DNA from: an uncultured archaeon
GTDB lineage: Archaea; Altiarchaeota; Altiarchaeia; IMC4; QMZM01
Reading direction: 5' to 3'
Length of the DNA: 54,879 bases
Assembly: GCA_964549685.1 (NCBI GenBank)
Contig: CAZJVE010000008.1
Coordinates: 1-54,879 of the forward strand
The notes under the pieces were generated by a model. It had not been told where the DNA came from. It made no database searches and worked only from the letters and a program-made list of their open reading frames with translations. The translations under genes and the position numbers were made by a program. Shown in pieces: positions 8,221-17,963 of this stretch (its first letter is position 1; every line of letters starts with the position of its first letter).

Positions 8221-9396
8221 ATGCTTAACGAGTTAACTAGAGTAGGGATTGAGGGCAGAGAGATTCTACTCCTTGGAACCGCCCACGTTTCAAAAGACAG
8301 CGTGGAGCTGGTCGAAAAAACCATAGAGAAAGAAAGCCCGGATTTCGTTGCGGTGGAGCTGTGCGAGAAGAGGCAGAAATCCCTTGCAAACGAGAAGAAG
8401 TGGAGTGACACAGAGATTAACAAGGTTGTGAGGGAGGGCAACGCCTACCTGTTTCTGATGCAGCTCCTTCTTGCAAACTTCCAGCGAAAGATTGGCGAGG
8501 ACCTCGGAATCAGGCCCGGAGCCGAGATGATAAAGGCCATGGAGATTGCACAGAAGAAGGGCATGGGGGTCGCTCTGGTCGACAGGGACATAAACGTAAC
8601 GCTGAAGAGGGCCTTTTCAAAGATGTCCCTGAAAGAGAAGTCCAGGATATTCATTGACATAATCTCCGGGGCCTTCGATGAGGATGAGGTTAACGAGGAG
8701 CTCCTCGCGAAGCTGAAGGAGAAGGACATAATAACGGAGATAATGGAGGACCTGGGCAAGGAAATTCCATCAGCAAAGGAGGTCCTTGTCGATGAGAGGG
8801 ACAGGTACATAGCGAACGGGATTCTGAATCTGGACGGTGAGAAGGTTCTTGCGGTCGTTGGTGCAGGTCACGTCGAGGGAATCAAGAAAATCCTGGAGTC
8901 CAACTCAAAATCAAAGAAGGAATTGAATAACGAAATAAATGAACTCGGGGAGATTCCCTCAAAGAAGAGCAGAATCAAACTCATCGCATACATCATCCCT
9001 GCAATATTTATTGCAATAATTGGATATGGATTCTACGCGCACGGATTTTCCATGACGCTCGACCTACTCTGGAAGTGGTTCCTGATTAACGGGACTCTAT
9101 CGGCTATTGGCGTTCTCCTTGCAATGGGGCACCCCCTATCTGCCTTGACTGCCTTCCTTGCGGCGCCCTTCACCTCTTTGAATCCAACCATAGCCGCGGG
9201 CTGGTTCGCTGGTATCACGGAAACCTGGCTCAGGAAGCCAAGAGTCAAGGACATCGAGGGCCTGCTGAGGCTGAACTCCATCTCCGACTACTGGAAAAAC
9301 AGGGTGACGAGAATCCTCCTCGTGATTGCATTTGCGAACATAGGCAGCTCAATAGGAACATTCATAGCACTGCCTTATCTGGCAGCGATGCTATAA
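8221..9396 (+). CDS. TraB/GumN (PrgY, pheromone shutdown) family protein
   Basis: LLGTAHVS, VAVELCEKR, PGAEM, LVDRDI..TLKR, LVDERD, VVGAGH, C-terminal TMs with APFTSLNP. Confidence 0.93.
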   Translation: MLNELTRVGIEGREILLLGTAHVSKDSVELVEKTIEKESPDFVAVELCEKRQKSLANEKKWSDTEINKVVREGNAYLFLMQLLLANFQRKIGEDLGIRPGAEMIKAMEIAQKKGMGVALVDRDINVTLKRAFSKMSLKEKSRIFIDIISGAFDEDEVNEELLAKLKEKDIITEIMEDLGKEIPSAKEVLVDERDRYIANGILNLDGEKVLAVVGAGHVEGIKKILESNSKSKKELNNEINELGEIPSKKSRIKLIAYIIPAIFIAIIGYGFYAHGFSMTLDLLWKWFLINGTLSAIGVLLAMGHPLSALTAFLAAPFTSLNPTIAAGWFAGITETWLRKPRVKDIEGLLRLNSISDYWKNRVTRILLVIAFANIGSSIGTFIALPYLAAML

Positions 9397-9402
9397 ATCA
9401 AT

Positions 9403-10227
9403 ATGGCGAAAATTCTCGGTGTAATTGGCCATCCGATAGAACACTCCCTCTCCCCTCCAATGCACAGGGCAGCGCTGAAGGAGCTCGGCCTGGATTACCA
9501 CTACGACAAATTCGAGGTAAAGCCGCAGGAGCTCGAGAATTTTCTAAAGGATGCAAGTGAGAATTTCTTGGGATTTAATGTAACAATACCCCACAAGGTC
9601 AAAATCATACAGCTTCTCGACAGCATTAGCAAGGAAGCCGAACTAATAGGTGCTGTTAATACTGTAAAATTCGAGAATTCCTCAGTAAAAGGCTATAACA
9701 CCGACGGCCTTGGGGCCCTCAGGGCCCTGGAGGAGGCGGGCCAGCCGGTAAGCGGAAAAAAAGTCCTCATCCTCGGCGCGGGAGGGGCATCGAGGGCAAT
9801 CTCGTTCCAGCTGGCCATGGAAGGCGCCGAGATTTCGATATGCGACAAGGCAGGTGAGAAGGCAGAGGAATTAGCGGCAGAGATTATGGAGAAATTAAGC
9901 AAGGACGTGAGAATTCTGGATTTTCCAATTAAAAAACTAGATGAATTTAATATTCTGATTAATGCAACCCCCGTTGGGATGTCTCCCAACACCGACAACA
10001 GTCCATTGCCCGGGGAATTCCTCAACCCATCCCTCACGGTGATGGACATAGTCTACAACCCCCTGGAGACGAAGCTGCTGGCTGATGCAAAAGAAGCAGG
10101 CTGCAAGACCGTTAACGGCACCGGCATGCTCGTCAATCAGGGTGCCGAGTCACTGAAAATCTGGCTGGGCGTTGAAGCTCCAGTAGAAACAATGAGGAGC
10201 GCATTGCTGAACGAATTGAAGAAGTAA
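9403..10227 (+). CDS. aroE: Shikimate dehydrogenase
   Basis: GHPIEHSLSP, NVTIPHK, GAVNT, GYNTDG, GAGGAS, INATPVGM, DIVYNPLET. Confidence 0.96.
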   Translation: MAKILGVIGHPIEHSLSPPMHRAALKELGLDYHYDKFEVKPQELENFLKDASENFLGFNVTIPHKVKIIQLLDSISKEAELIGAVNTVKFENSSVKGYNTDGLGALRALEEAGQPVSGKKVLILGAGGASRAISFQLAMEGAEISICDKAGEKAEELAAEIMEKLSKDVRILDFPIKKLDEFNILINATPVGMSPNTDNSPLPGEFLNPSLTVMDIVYNPLETKLLADAKEAGCKTVNGTGMLVNQGAESLKIWLGVEAPVETMRSALLNELKK

Positions 10228-10228
10228 T

Positions 10229-11164
10229 CTATTTACTATCCAGAACTCCCGGAGTATCGACCTCGAATATGCACTCGCCCTCCGGCATGGAAGGGGAGTC
10301 AATCAGTCTGGCGATTCTCTTGGTTCCTTTACTCTTTCTCAGATACAGGCGGAAGGTGGAGTGGTGGCCCACTATATGCCCGCCTATGGGCTGGGTCGGG
10401 TCGCCGAACATTACATCCGGGCGCGACATCACCTGGTTCGTTACTATTATTGCAATATTGTGTAAATCAGCGAGCTTCCTCTGCAACGCATGCAAAAGCC
10501 GGTTCAGTTTCTGCTGCCTCTCGGCCAGTGTGCCCCTTCCGGTGTATTCTGCCCTGAAATGGGCTGTCAGAGAATCGACAACGACAAGCCTTGTGCCGTA
10601 TTCTTCAGCCAAATCCGAGGCCTTATCGACCAGAAGCATCTGGTGGTCGGAATTATATGCCCTTGCGACGTGAATACTCTTCAGAACCTCCTCAGCGTCC
10701 AGTTTTTTTGCCTCAGCCATCTGCTTTATCCTTTCAGGGCGGAAGGTATTTTCCGTATCTATGAATATTGCAGTTCCATCCAGGCCGCCATCATCCTTTG
10801 GCGTCTGAACATTAACGGCAAGCTGGTGAGCGATCTGGGTTTTGCCGGAACCGAATTTTCCAAACAACTCCGTAATCGCCTGGGTCTCAACTCCACCGCC
10901 AATGAGGGCATCAAAATCCTTGCTCCCGGTGGTTATCTTACCTACGTTCTCCCTCTTCTTCATGAATTCCAGCCCGGTTTCGAATCCCATGCTGAGATTA
11001 TCCCTTGCCGCATTTATTATCTTTACGGCAGAACTCTCTCCAAGGCCCACCTCCTTTATCTCAGAGATGGATGCTGCTGCAATGGACTCAAGGCTTACAT
11101 AACCCGCCTCCCTAAGCTTCTCAGCAACCTTTGCACCAACTCCGGGCAACTCCTCAATATCCAT
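10229..11164 (-). CDS. radA: DNA repair and recombination protein RadA (no intein)
   Basis: N-terminal Hh[43 protein letters not shown]. Confidence 0.98.
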   Translation of the reverse strand: MDIEELPGVGAKVAEKLREAGYVSLESIAAASISEIKEVGLGESSAVKIINAARDNLSMGFETGLEFMKKRENVGKITTGSKDFDALIGGGVETQAITELFGKFGSGKTQIAHQLAVNVQTPKDDGGLDGTAIFIDTENTFRPERIKQMAEAKKLDAEEVLKSIHVARAYNSDHQMLLVDKASDLAEEYGTRLVVVDSLTAHFRAEYTGRGTLAERQQKLNRLLHALQRKLADLHNIAIIVTNQVMSRPDVMFGDPTQPIGGHIVGHHSTFRLYLRKSKGTKRIARLIDSPSMPEGECIFEVDTPGVLDSK

Positions 11165-11203
11165 TTCAGATATTATTAGATACAGATTTAATTAAAGAAT
11201 CAG

Positions 11204-13090
11204 CTATTTTGGCCAGTATTTTTCCATCTCCCTTATTATCGTGTCACTTCCAACCAGGGACTCCCTCAGAACATCCGTTATCTTTTCGGCGGTTACAACC
11301 TCAATTTTGCCCTTATATTTCTTCTCAAGGAGCACATCCTTCTCGTTGCTTTTGGGAATTATAACCTTCTTCAGTCCTGCCTCTATGGCCGCTTCAATCT
11401 TCTGGGTTACCCCTCCAACTGGAAGGACCTCCCCCCTGACGGTCAGGGAACCGGTCATTCCAACGCTCTGGTCCACAGGAACGTTCTTGAATGCCGAAAT
11501 CATTGCAACGGCAACGGAAACGCTTGCCGAATCCCCCTCGACTCCCTCATATGTCTGGAGAAACTGCACAAAGATGTCGTACTTCTCCTTTATGTCCTCG
11601 CCGTAGATTTTCATTATGACGCCAGAAACGTTCTGGATTGCCTCCTTTGCTATGTCCCCCAGCTTCCCGGTGGCTATTATCTCTGACTTCTTTCCTCCGG
11701 GAGCTACCTCTGCCTCGATTGGGAGGACTGTTCCTCCTTCTCCCAGAACTGCGAGCCCGTTGACCCTACCAATCCTGCCGCCCTTTGTAATCAGTATATT
11801 GTACTCTTTCTTTCTGTCAAGATAGAGGTCACCAATCTGGTGCTCGAGGGTCTTTGCAGCCTTCTTGCCATCCATTACATCCTCAGGGGTGACGTATTTA
11901 TGGCCCTTTTCCCTTGCTATATCTCCCGAGGCCCTCACCAGACCGCCAAGCTCCCGGAACTTTAGAGTAATTTTGTTCCTCATACCTGCCTTCCTTTTCG
12001 CCTCCCTTATTATCTCTCCAACGGCATCCCTTGTGAAATGGGGAATCTTCCTGTCCTTGTCCACTTCCTGAGCAACAAACTGGACCAGTTTCTTTTTGTA
12101 GTTATCCGAGCCGTCTATCATGTCATTCATGTAAACCTCATAGCCATAACCCCTGATTCTTGAGCGAAGGGCGGGGTGCATATGCTCTGTATCCTTAAAG
12201 TTTCCTGCCGCAATCAGGACGAAGTCGGCGGGCACAGGATCTGTAATCACCATGGCCCCGGAGCTCATCTCACTTCTCCCTGTTATTGACAGTTGTTTTT
12301 CCTGCATCGCAGTAAGCAAATCCTGCTGCGACCTCCCGAGGGATGCCACCTCATCTATAAAGAGGATTCCCTTATTGGCTTTATGAATCAAACCAGACAC
12401 AACTCTCAGATGGGCAGGGGTTCCCAATCCCCCTGATTGCAATGGGTCGTGCTTAACATCTCCCAGCAATGCTCCCGCATGGGCTCCAGTCCCGTCAAAG
12501 AATGGGGCAGCCTTCCTTGTTGCATTATCCACTATCAGCTTCGGGATGCTGGATTTTTGCCCACCCATCATCATAACCCTCAGGTTCAGTCCAAAGAGGA
12601 AGAACATCAGTATTCCAAAACCGATGAGTGAGACCGCAACAAGGGGGTCAATCAGGTTCATAATGGACAGAACTAGAGTTCCGAGAATTATAATGAAAGG
12701 CAACAATAATTGCCCCCTCGGCCGCTCCTCTGTGGCACCGCTCTTCTCTCTATCCCTCTTCACTATCTTTATCCCCTCCCCGGTAGGGACGGTCTTGATT
12801 TTGGGGTTATTCTCGTCCTCATCGTTTGGATATGCAAGAACATCCACCAGGTCCTCACAGGAGAGTAATTCTGTCATCGCAAGGGCCAACATTGACTTTC
12901 CTGTTCCCGGCACTCCAATGAGGAGAACGTTCCTTCTCTGCTTTGCAGCCTTTCTTATTATATCGACTGCCCTGTCCTGACCGATAACCTGGTCTACGAG
13001 AGTCTTCGGAATCTTAATCTGCTCTGTAGTCTCAAAGTCCTTCCAGGACTTCATCGATTCTATATCAATCTTCCCCTTGGTTTTGTTCAT
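11204..13090 (-). CDS. lonB: Membrane-anchored ATP-dependent protease LonB
   Basis: [15 protein letters not shown], two TMs inside the AAA domain, FIDE, HPALRSR, catalytic EGDSAS and [10 protein letters not shown]. Confidence 0.96.
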   Translation of the reverse strand: MNKTKGKIDIESMKSWKDFETTEQIKIPKTLVDQVIGQDRAVDIIRKAAKQRRNVLLIGVPGTGKSMLALAMTELLSCEDLVDVLAYPNDEDENNPKIKTVPTGEGIKIVKRDREKSGATEERPRGQLLLPFIIILGTLVLSIMNLIDPLVAVSLIGFGILMFFLFGLNLRVMMMGGQKSSIPKLIVDNATRKAAPFFDGTGAHAGALLGDVKHDPLQSGGLGTPAHLRVVSGLIHKANKGILFIDEVASLGRSQQDLLTAMQEKQLSITGRSEMSSGAMVITDPVPADFVLIAAGNFKDTEHMHPALRSRIRGYGYEVYMNDMIDGSDNYKKKLVQFVAQEVDKDRKIPHFTRDAVGEIIREAKRKAGMRNKITLKFRELGGLVRASGDIAREKGHKYVTPEDVMDGKKAAKTLEHQIGDLYLDRKKEYNILITKGGRIGRVNGLAVLGEGGTVLPIEAEVAPGGKKSEIIATGKLGDIAKEAIQNVSGVIMKIYGEDIKEKYDIFVQFLQTYEGVEGDSASVSVAVAMISAFKNVPVDQSVGMTGSLTVRGEVLPVGGVTQKIEAAIEAGLKKVIIPKSNEKDVLLEKKYKGKIEVVTAEKITDVLRESLVGSDTIIREMEKYWPK

Positions 13091-13194
13091 TCTCCCTTAC
13101 ACAACGTCCCCCTATAAGTATTTGTATATATTAGAGGTAATATGTATAATGCTACTATGATATAATCTGAAGTCTAAAAATAAAAATAATAAAA

Positions 13195-14175
13195 ATGCCC
13201 TACAAGATTCCTACGGCAATTAAATACGAGGAAAAGCTTTTCGGCCCATTAACGATTAAACAGTCGATATATGCCGGAATTGCAGTCTCCATAGTCCTCT
13301 ACATGATCTTTTTCTCCAGCTTTGATTTTGCCATAAGGATTATTGTTTCCATAGTCGTTATCCTCATGGCAGTGGGTTTCATAATGTTCGACCTTGAGAC
13401 ATACCTGGGGAATTATGTCTCATTCATGAGACAGGACCGGGAGGCATCATGGATCTCTCCAGCAGCGAGAAAGCTGATGGATATCAAATCTATAAAGGCG
13501 GACACGGAATTTCTCAAGAACGGAAACGCAATTGCCGTCGTAAGGGTCATCCCAATAAACTTTGGGGTTCTTGGAAAGGAGGACCGGGATTCGGTAATCT
13601 ACGGCTTCCTGCAGTTTCTGAACTCCCTGAACTTTTCGATACAGATAGTCATGAGGAGCGTAAATCTCGACTTGTCCGACTATCTGACAAACCTCAAGCG
13701 GAGAATTATCCAGAGGGACGACAAGATGGCTCTGGCATATTATGAGCACTTCTCCGAGTACATGTACGACTACATCAAGAAGAACAGAGTGAATGACCGG
13801 CTCTTCTATATAATCGTTCCTGCCAAGAAACACTGGGACGAGCGTGAGATGATACGGAACCTCGATTCAAGATGCAAAGCCATAATAGAAACCCTCTCAA
13901 GGTCGGGAATCGTGGCGGAGAGGCTGGGCAACAAAGAACTGCTCAATCTATACTCGTCCTATTTCACACAGAGCTTCTACATGGACGAGGAGTATCTATC
14001 GCCAATAACCATGTATAAGAAGATATGGAAGGGCAGCTCGGAAAGTGGGACCACCGCATCCCCCCCAGGTCAGGGAATAAAGCCAGAACCCAAGGCCGCC
14101 TCTTCAAGTCTGAAGGAATCTCAAATTAAGGAAAGAATTCAAAAATCTACACAAAAAAAGAACCCAACCTCGTAG
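13195..14175 (+). CDS. PrgI/VirB3-like membrane protein fused to a VirB4-associated (TrsD/TraC-like) soluble domain
   Basis: N-terminal YKIP..IKYEEKLFGPLTIKQ plus two TMs (PrgI-like), then PINF...E.D.VI..F..FLNSL.F.IQI and RLFYIIVP; directly upstream of virB4. Confidence 0.75.
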   Translation: MPYKIPTAIKYEEKLFGPLTIKQSIYAGIAVSIVLYMIFFSSFDFAIRIIVSIVVILMAVGFIMFDLETYLGNYVSFMRQDREASWISPAARKLMDIKSIKADTEFLKNGNAIAVVRVIPINFGVLGKEDRDSVIYGFLQFLNSLNFSIQIVMRSVNLDLSDYLTNLKRRIIQRDDKMALAYYEHFSEYMYDYIKKNRVNDRLFYIIVPAKKHWDEREMIRNLDSRCKAIIETLSRSGIVAERLGNKELLNLYSSYFTQSFYMDEEYLSPITMYKKIWKGSSESGTTASPPGQGIKPEPKAASSSLKESQIKERIQKSTQKKNPTS

Positions 14176-14184
14176 TGAATTAAA

Positions 14185-16479
14185 TTGGCACTTCCAATAA
14201 AACTACCTGATTTGCCCTTTCTGAAGGGGAAGAAGAAGAAAAAGCTTACGGGAACGTATGCGGACTATGAGAGCAAACTCATAGAGTATCTCACCACCCC
14301 CCCAACAATCGTAAAGCACCCCAACGAGATTCAGGCAGATAAATATCATCGCTGTATTGCAGCCATAAACTATCCCCGCCTGGTGGAGGCTGGCTGGCTC
14401 ACAAGGCTGATAGAGATGAATCTCGACTTTGACATCTCCATCCATATAGCCCCCTACTCTATTGAGGGCACCATAAAGATGCTTGAGACGGAGCTAAAGA
14501 AGCAGAAGACGGACCTGTTTGGCCTGAAAACGGAGGGTAAGATTATACCTCAGTCGTTAATTCAGAAGCACGAAGATACCAAGGCATTGCTCGAGGCAAT
14601 CCAGAGCGGGACTGAAAAGATGTTCTCCATGTCATTATATATCGATGCAAAGTCCTACGACCTAAAAGAACTGGACAAGATAACAGCAAAGATTCGGGGA
14701 CAGATGAATTCCATCATGGTTACTCCCAAGATAACCGCCTACCAGATGTACAAAGCGCTGAAATCGATACTTCCCGTAGGGCATGACGAACTGAAGATAA
14801 CGAGAGAGATAACCTCTTCTGCAGCGTCATCCTGCTTTCCGTTTGCGATTACATCCTTGGAGCCCCATGCAACAGGGATTCTGATTGGCTTTAACAAGAG
14901 GAATAGCATACCAATAATAATAGACCCCTTTGAGCTGAGCAATCCAAATATGCTGGTTCTTGGTACATCTGGAGGGGGTAAGAGCTACTGCATCAAATTA
15001 ATGCTCATGCGTGAATTCATGGAGAGTGTCGACATAAACATAATTGACCCGCAGGCGGAGTATACCGACCTTATCAAGACCTTCAACGGGAAGACAATAA
15101 AGATTGCCCCCGGCTCTAACGTTGTTATAAATCCAATGGACCTGATGGGCCAGACACTGGACGAGAAAAAGCTGTCCCTGCTTGCGTTCTTCAGGGTTCT
15201 GATGGGAGAACTGAAGGAGTCTCAGAGGGCAATTCTAGATGACGCGATTGATGCCGCCTACGAGGAAGTTGGAATTACCAAAGACCCAAGGACGTGGTCA
15301 AAGAGGCCACCAACACTGGAGGATTTATACAAGCAGGTTTTGCCACTCACAAGGTCTGAGAAGGATGTCATCTATAAACCCGCTCTTGAAATCGCGAATA
15401 GAATGAAGACCTACGTCCATGGCCCGTTGAGATTCCTCAACCAGCAGACCAAGATAGACCTGGACAACAGGATGATATCCTTTGACATAAGGGACATACC
15501 TGATGTGGGCAAAGGCACCCTCATGTTCCTGCTTCTGGAATACGTCTATAACATGATGAAGAAGTCCAAGAAGAGGAAGATGTTAGTCATTGATGAGGCT
15601 TGGATGGTTCTTTCAGCAGGGGAGGAGGGCGAATACATCCTGAGGCTTGTCAAAACGTGCAGAAAATTCAACCTGTCGCTAACCATGATAACGCAGGACG
15701 TGGAGGACGTCCTTACATCAAGAGCTGGAAGGGCAGTAATGGCTAACACGGCAACAAAGCTCCTTCTCAAGCAGGACACAACCGTGATTGATGAAATTAC
15801 CGAGAGATTCCATCTCAATGAGGCGGAGACAAGACAGCTGAGAATTGCAGGCACGGGAGACGCACTGCTCATAGCCGGAGCCCTCAGAGTACCCATAGGG
15901 ATTAAGGCATCCCCCGAGGAGCACAAACTCATAACCACAAAGCCCGACGAGCTGTTGGGCATGGTACACAAGACCAAGGGCCCGGAGGTAGAGAGGGAGA
16001 TGGCACCGGAACTGGACATCAAAAAGGTGGTGCAGGAGAAAACCGCTTTCACAAATGAGCAGATTAAAACTCTAATAGATATCGGCTTCAATGAGGTCAG
16101 AGTCAGCGACCTTGAAGGAGTGAGTAAGCTCTACATGATAAAGAACGAAACAGAAGATACTGATGAGCACTTTGTTGTCCAGAACCTTGTCAGGAACGAG
16201 ATTAAGAAATATACGGACAAGGCCCTGATACATCATACAAAAATGCCAGACCTAACATTCGAATCATCAGACGGCAAAATAGTCGCAGTTGAAATCGTGG
16301 CAGACATAAGCCTGAAGAGGAACATAGAGGCGATCGAGGAGAAGATAAACATCCTGCGAAAGTACGACGATTACTTCTTCGTAGTTGGAGACCCAAAGCT
16401 TGTGAAGTATGAGAGCTTCGGGGAGATTCTGACAAGAACCCAGGTGCCGGCAAAGATTAAATCCTATTTTGAGCAGTAG
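14185..16479 (+). CDS. virB4: VirB4-like (TraE/TrsE) secretion ATPase with extra C-terminal domain
   Basis: NPNMLVLGTSGGGKS (Walker A), IIDPQAEY, INPMD, MLVIDEAW (Walker B), RKFNLSLTMITQDVED. Confidence 0.88.
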   Translation: MALPIKLPDLPFLKGKKKKKLTGTYADYESKLIEYLTTPPTIVKHPNEIQADKYHRCIAAINYPRLVEAGWLTRLIEMNLDFDISIHIAPYSIEGTIKMLETELKKQKTDLFGLKTEGKIIPQSLIQKHEDTKALLEAIQSGTEKMFSMSLYIDAKSYDLKELDKITAKIRGQMNSIMVTPKITAYQMYKALKSILPVGHDELKITREITSSAASSCFPFAITSLEPHATGILIGFNKRNSIPIIIDPFELSNPNMLVLGTSGGGKSYCIKLMLMREFMESVDINIIDPQAEYTDLIKTFNGKTIKIAPGSNVVINPMDLMGQTLDEKKLSLLAFFRVLMGELKESQRAILDDAIDAAYEEVGITKDPRTWSKRPPTLEDLYKQVLPLTRSEKDVIYKPALEIANRMKTYVHGPLRFLNQQTKIDLDNRMISFDIRDIPDVGKGTLMFLLLEYVYNMMKKSKKRKMLVIDEAWMVLSAGEEGEYILRLVKTCRKFNLSLTMITQDVEDVLTSRAGRAVMANTATKLLLKQDTTVIDEITERFHLNEAETRQLRIAGTGDALLIAGALRVPIGIKASPEEHKLITTKPDELLGMVHKTKGPEVEREMAPELDIKKVVQEKTAFTNEQIKTLIDIGFNEVRVSDLEGVSKLYMIKNETEDTDEHFVVQNLVRNEIKKYTDKALIHHTKMPDLTFESSDGKIVAVEIVADISLKRNIEAIEEKINILRKYDDYFFVVGDPKLVKYESFGEILTRTQVPAKIKSYFEQ

Positions 16480-16542
16480 TTTATTTTTATAATCCAAATC
16501 TACTCACTGGACTCTATTTATCTATAAAATATGAATTAATTA

Positions 16543-17679
16543 TTGATGGCGCAAAGCGGGCTCAAAAAGACGAAGGTCAGGTATGAAGGAACAGAATACG
16601 TGGAGGAGCCGGTCACGACGGAGGCATCCACCAGATTCCCCACCATACTCCTGTGGCTGTTCTACCCCATCCTGCTCTATACTCTGTTGGCAGAAATAGT
16701 TGAACCGGGGTCAATATTCTACTATGCAACTGCTCTTTCTGCAATCCTTCTTGCGATACTCCCACCAACCATTCTAAACCTCACTGACCCGGAAAGGGCC
16801 GCCCTCTACAGGACCGGCAAATTCAAGAGGATTATAGGACCTGGGTGGTATTTCCCACTCATCACGTTCCTTGATTATGAGACGATAAGGCTGGTGGACA
16901 TAAGGATGGAACAAATCATTATAGAGCCGCAGCCTGTAGTGACCAAGGACAAGATATGGTTCCAGATAGCCCCAACCATCTTCCTATACGTCTCGAATGC
17001 GGAAAAGGCAATCAGGAACGTCCAGGACTACAAAAAGGCGGTCGTCGATTATGTCGTTGCTGCATTAACATCAATCTGCGGTGCCCAGACCTCGGACTAC
17101 ATAGTCACTCACATGGACAAGATAAGCAGGGACCTCGAGGAGGGGGTGGCAAAACTGGCCTCGGTCCCTGGAAGAGAGTGGGGCGTCGAGGTCCCAAGGG
17201 TTGAGATAAAATCCATTGAGTTCCCTGACAAGGTTCAGGACGCAATGCACGACAGAGTAGCAGCAGAACAGAAGAAACTCGCTGCCCATGAGCAGGCGGA
17301 GGCATCAAAGGTCGTTATAGATGCTGTGAGAGAAGCCGGCGCAAAGCTTACCGACCCTGCAATCACTTACCTTTACCTAGAGGCTCTTGACAAGATGGCA
17401 AGGGGCAGGGCAACAAAGATTGTCATGCCACTTGAAATATCCAAGATTGCCGAGAGGATTACCAAGACCACTGGAGGACTGACTCCTGACCAGAGCCAAC
17501 AGCTACATGGTGCCCTTGAAACATACGAAGACAAGCTAAAGAAACTTGAGAGCAGGGTAGAGGAAGAGGAAAAAGAGCTGGAGGAGGCGAAGGAACCAAA
17601 GGAGCCAACTCCAGCACAGGAGGATTATGCTAAAAAGATTGAGGAGATAAAGAAGAGAATAAAGGGGATGGAAAAATGA
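16543..17679 (+). CDS. SPFH/Band 7 (stomatin/QmcA-like) membrane protein
   Basis: Two N-terminal TMs, ERAALYRTGKF, VDIRMEQI.IEPQPVVTKD, WGVEVPRVEIKSI, YLEALDKMA..ATKIVMP; coiled-coil tail. Confidence 0.9.
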   Translation: MMAQSGLKKTKVRYEGTEYVEEPVTTEASTRFPTILLWLFYPILLYTLLAEIVEPGSIFYYATALSAILLAILPPTILNLTDPERAALYRTGKFKRIIGPGWYFPLITFLDYETIRLVDIRMEQIIIEPQPVVTKDKIWFQIAPTIFLYVSNAEKAIRNVQDYKKAVVDYVVAALTSICGAQTSDYIVTHMDKISRDLEEGVAKLASVPGREWGVEVPRVEIKSIEFPDKVQDAMHDRVAAEQKKLAAHEQAEASKVVIDAVREAGAKLTDPAITYLYLEALDKMARGRATKIVMPLEISKIAERITKTTGGLTPDQSQQLHGALETYEDKLKKLESRVEEEEKELEEAKEPKEPTPAQEDYAKKIEEIKKRIKGMEK

Positions 17680-17963
17680 CTAAAGAAGAAATAGACACAC
17701 ATAATATCTCTGTGGACGAGGAAGAAAACTCGGTGGCGATAAGGGTGAATCCAAGGCTCTACAAGACGCATTTCATAATGAATGCAGCCCATGACCTAAC
17801 AGAAACGGCAGGCTATCAGCATACCGACATAGTGATAGACGGCGACCCAGATACAACGATAGTAGTAAAATTCGTACCAAGGGAAAAGAAGGCAAGAAAG
17901 GAACTGCTTGACATAGCGTACCAGTTCAATTCCTTGCTGATTTCCCTGACTACCACAAGATAA
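17676..17963 (+). CDS. Small HxsD-like protein
   Basis: Pattern VNPRLY...IMNAA..L......IDGD....IVVKF.P......L..IAYQFNSLLI resembles His-Xaa-Ser system HxsD; overlaps both neighbours. Confidence 0.55.
   Translation: MTKEEIDTHNISVDEEENSVAIRVNPRLYKTHFIMNAAHDLTETAGYQHTDIVIDGDPDTTIVVKFVPREKKARKELLDIAYQFNSLLISLTTTR

Noticed and set aside
8221-9396. TraB as part of the conjugation-like system
   Set aside because: This is the widespread TraB/PrgY/GumN metalloprotein family, not a T4SS component, and it is cotranscribed with aroE.
10229-13090. Inteins in RadA or LonB
   Set aside because: Both are normal length with contiguous motifs and no intein C/S...HN signatures.
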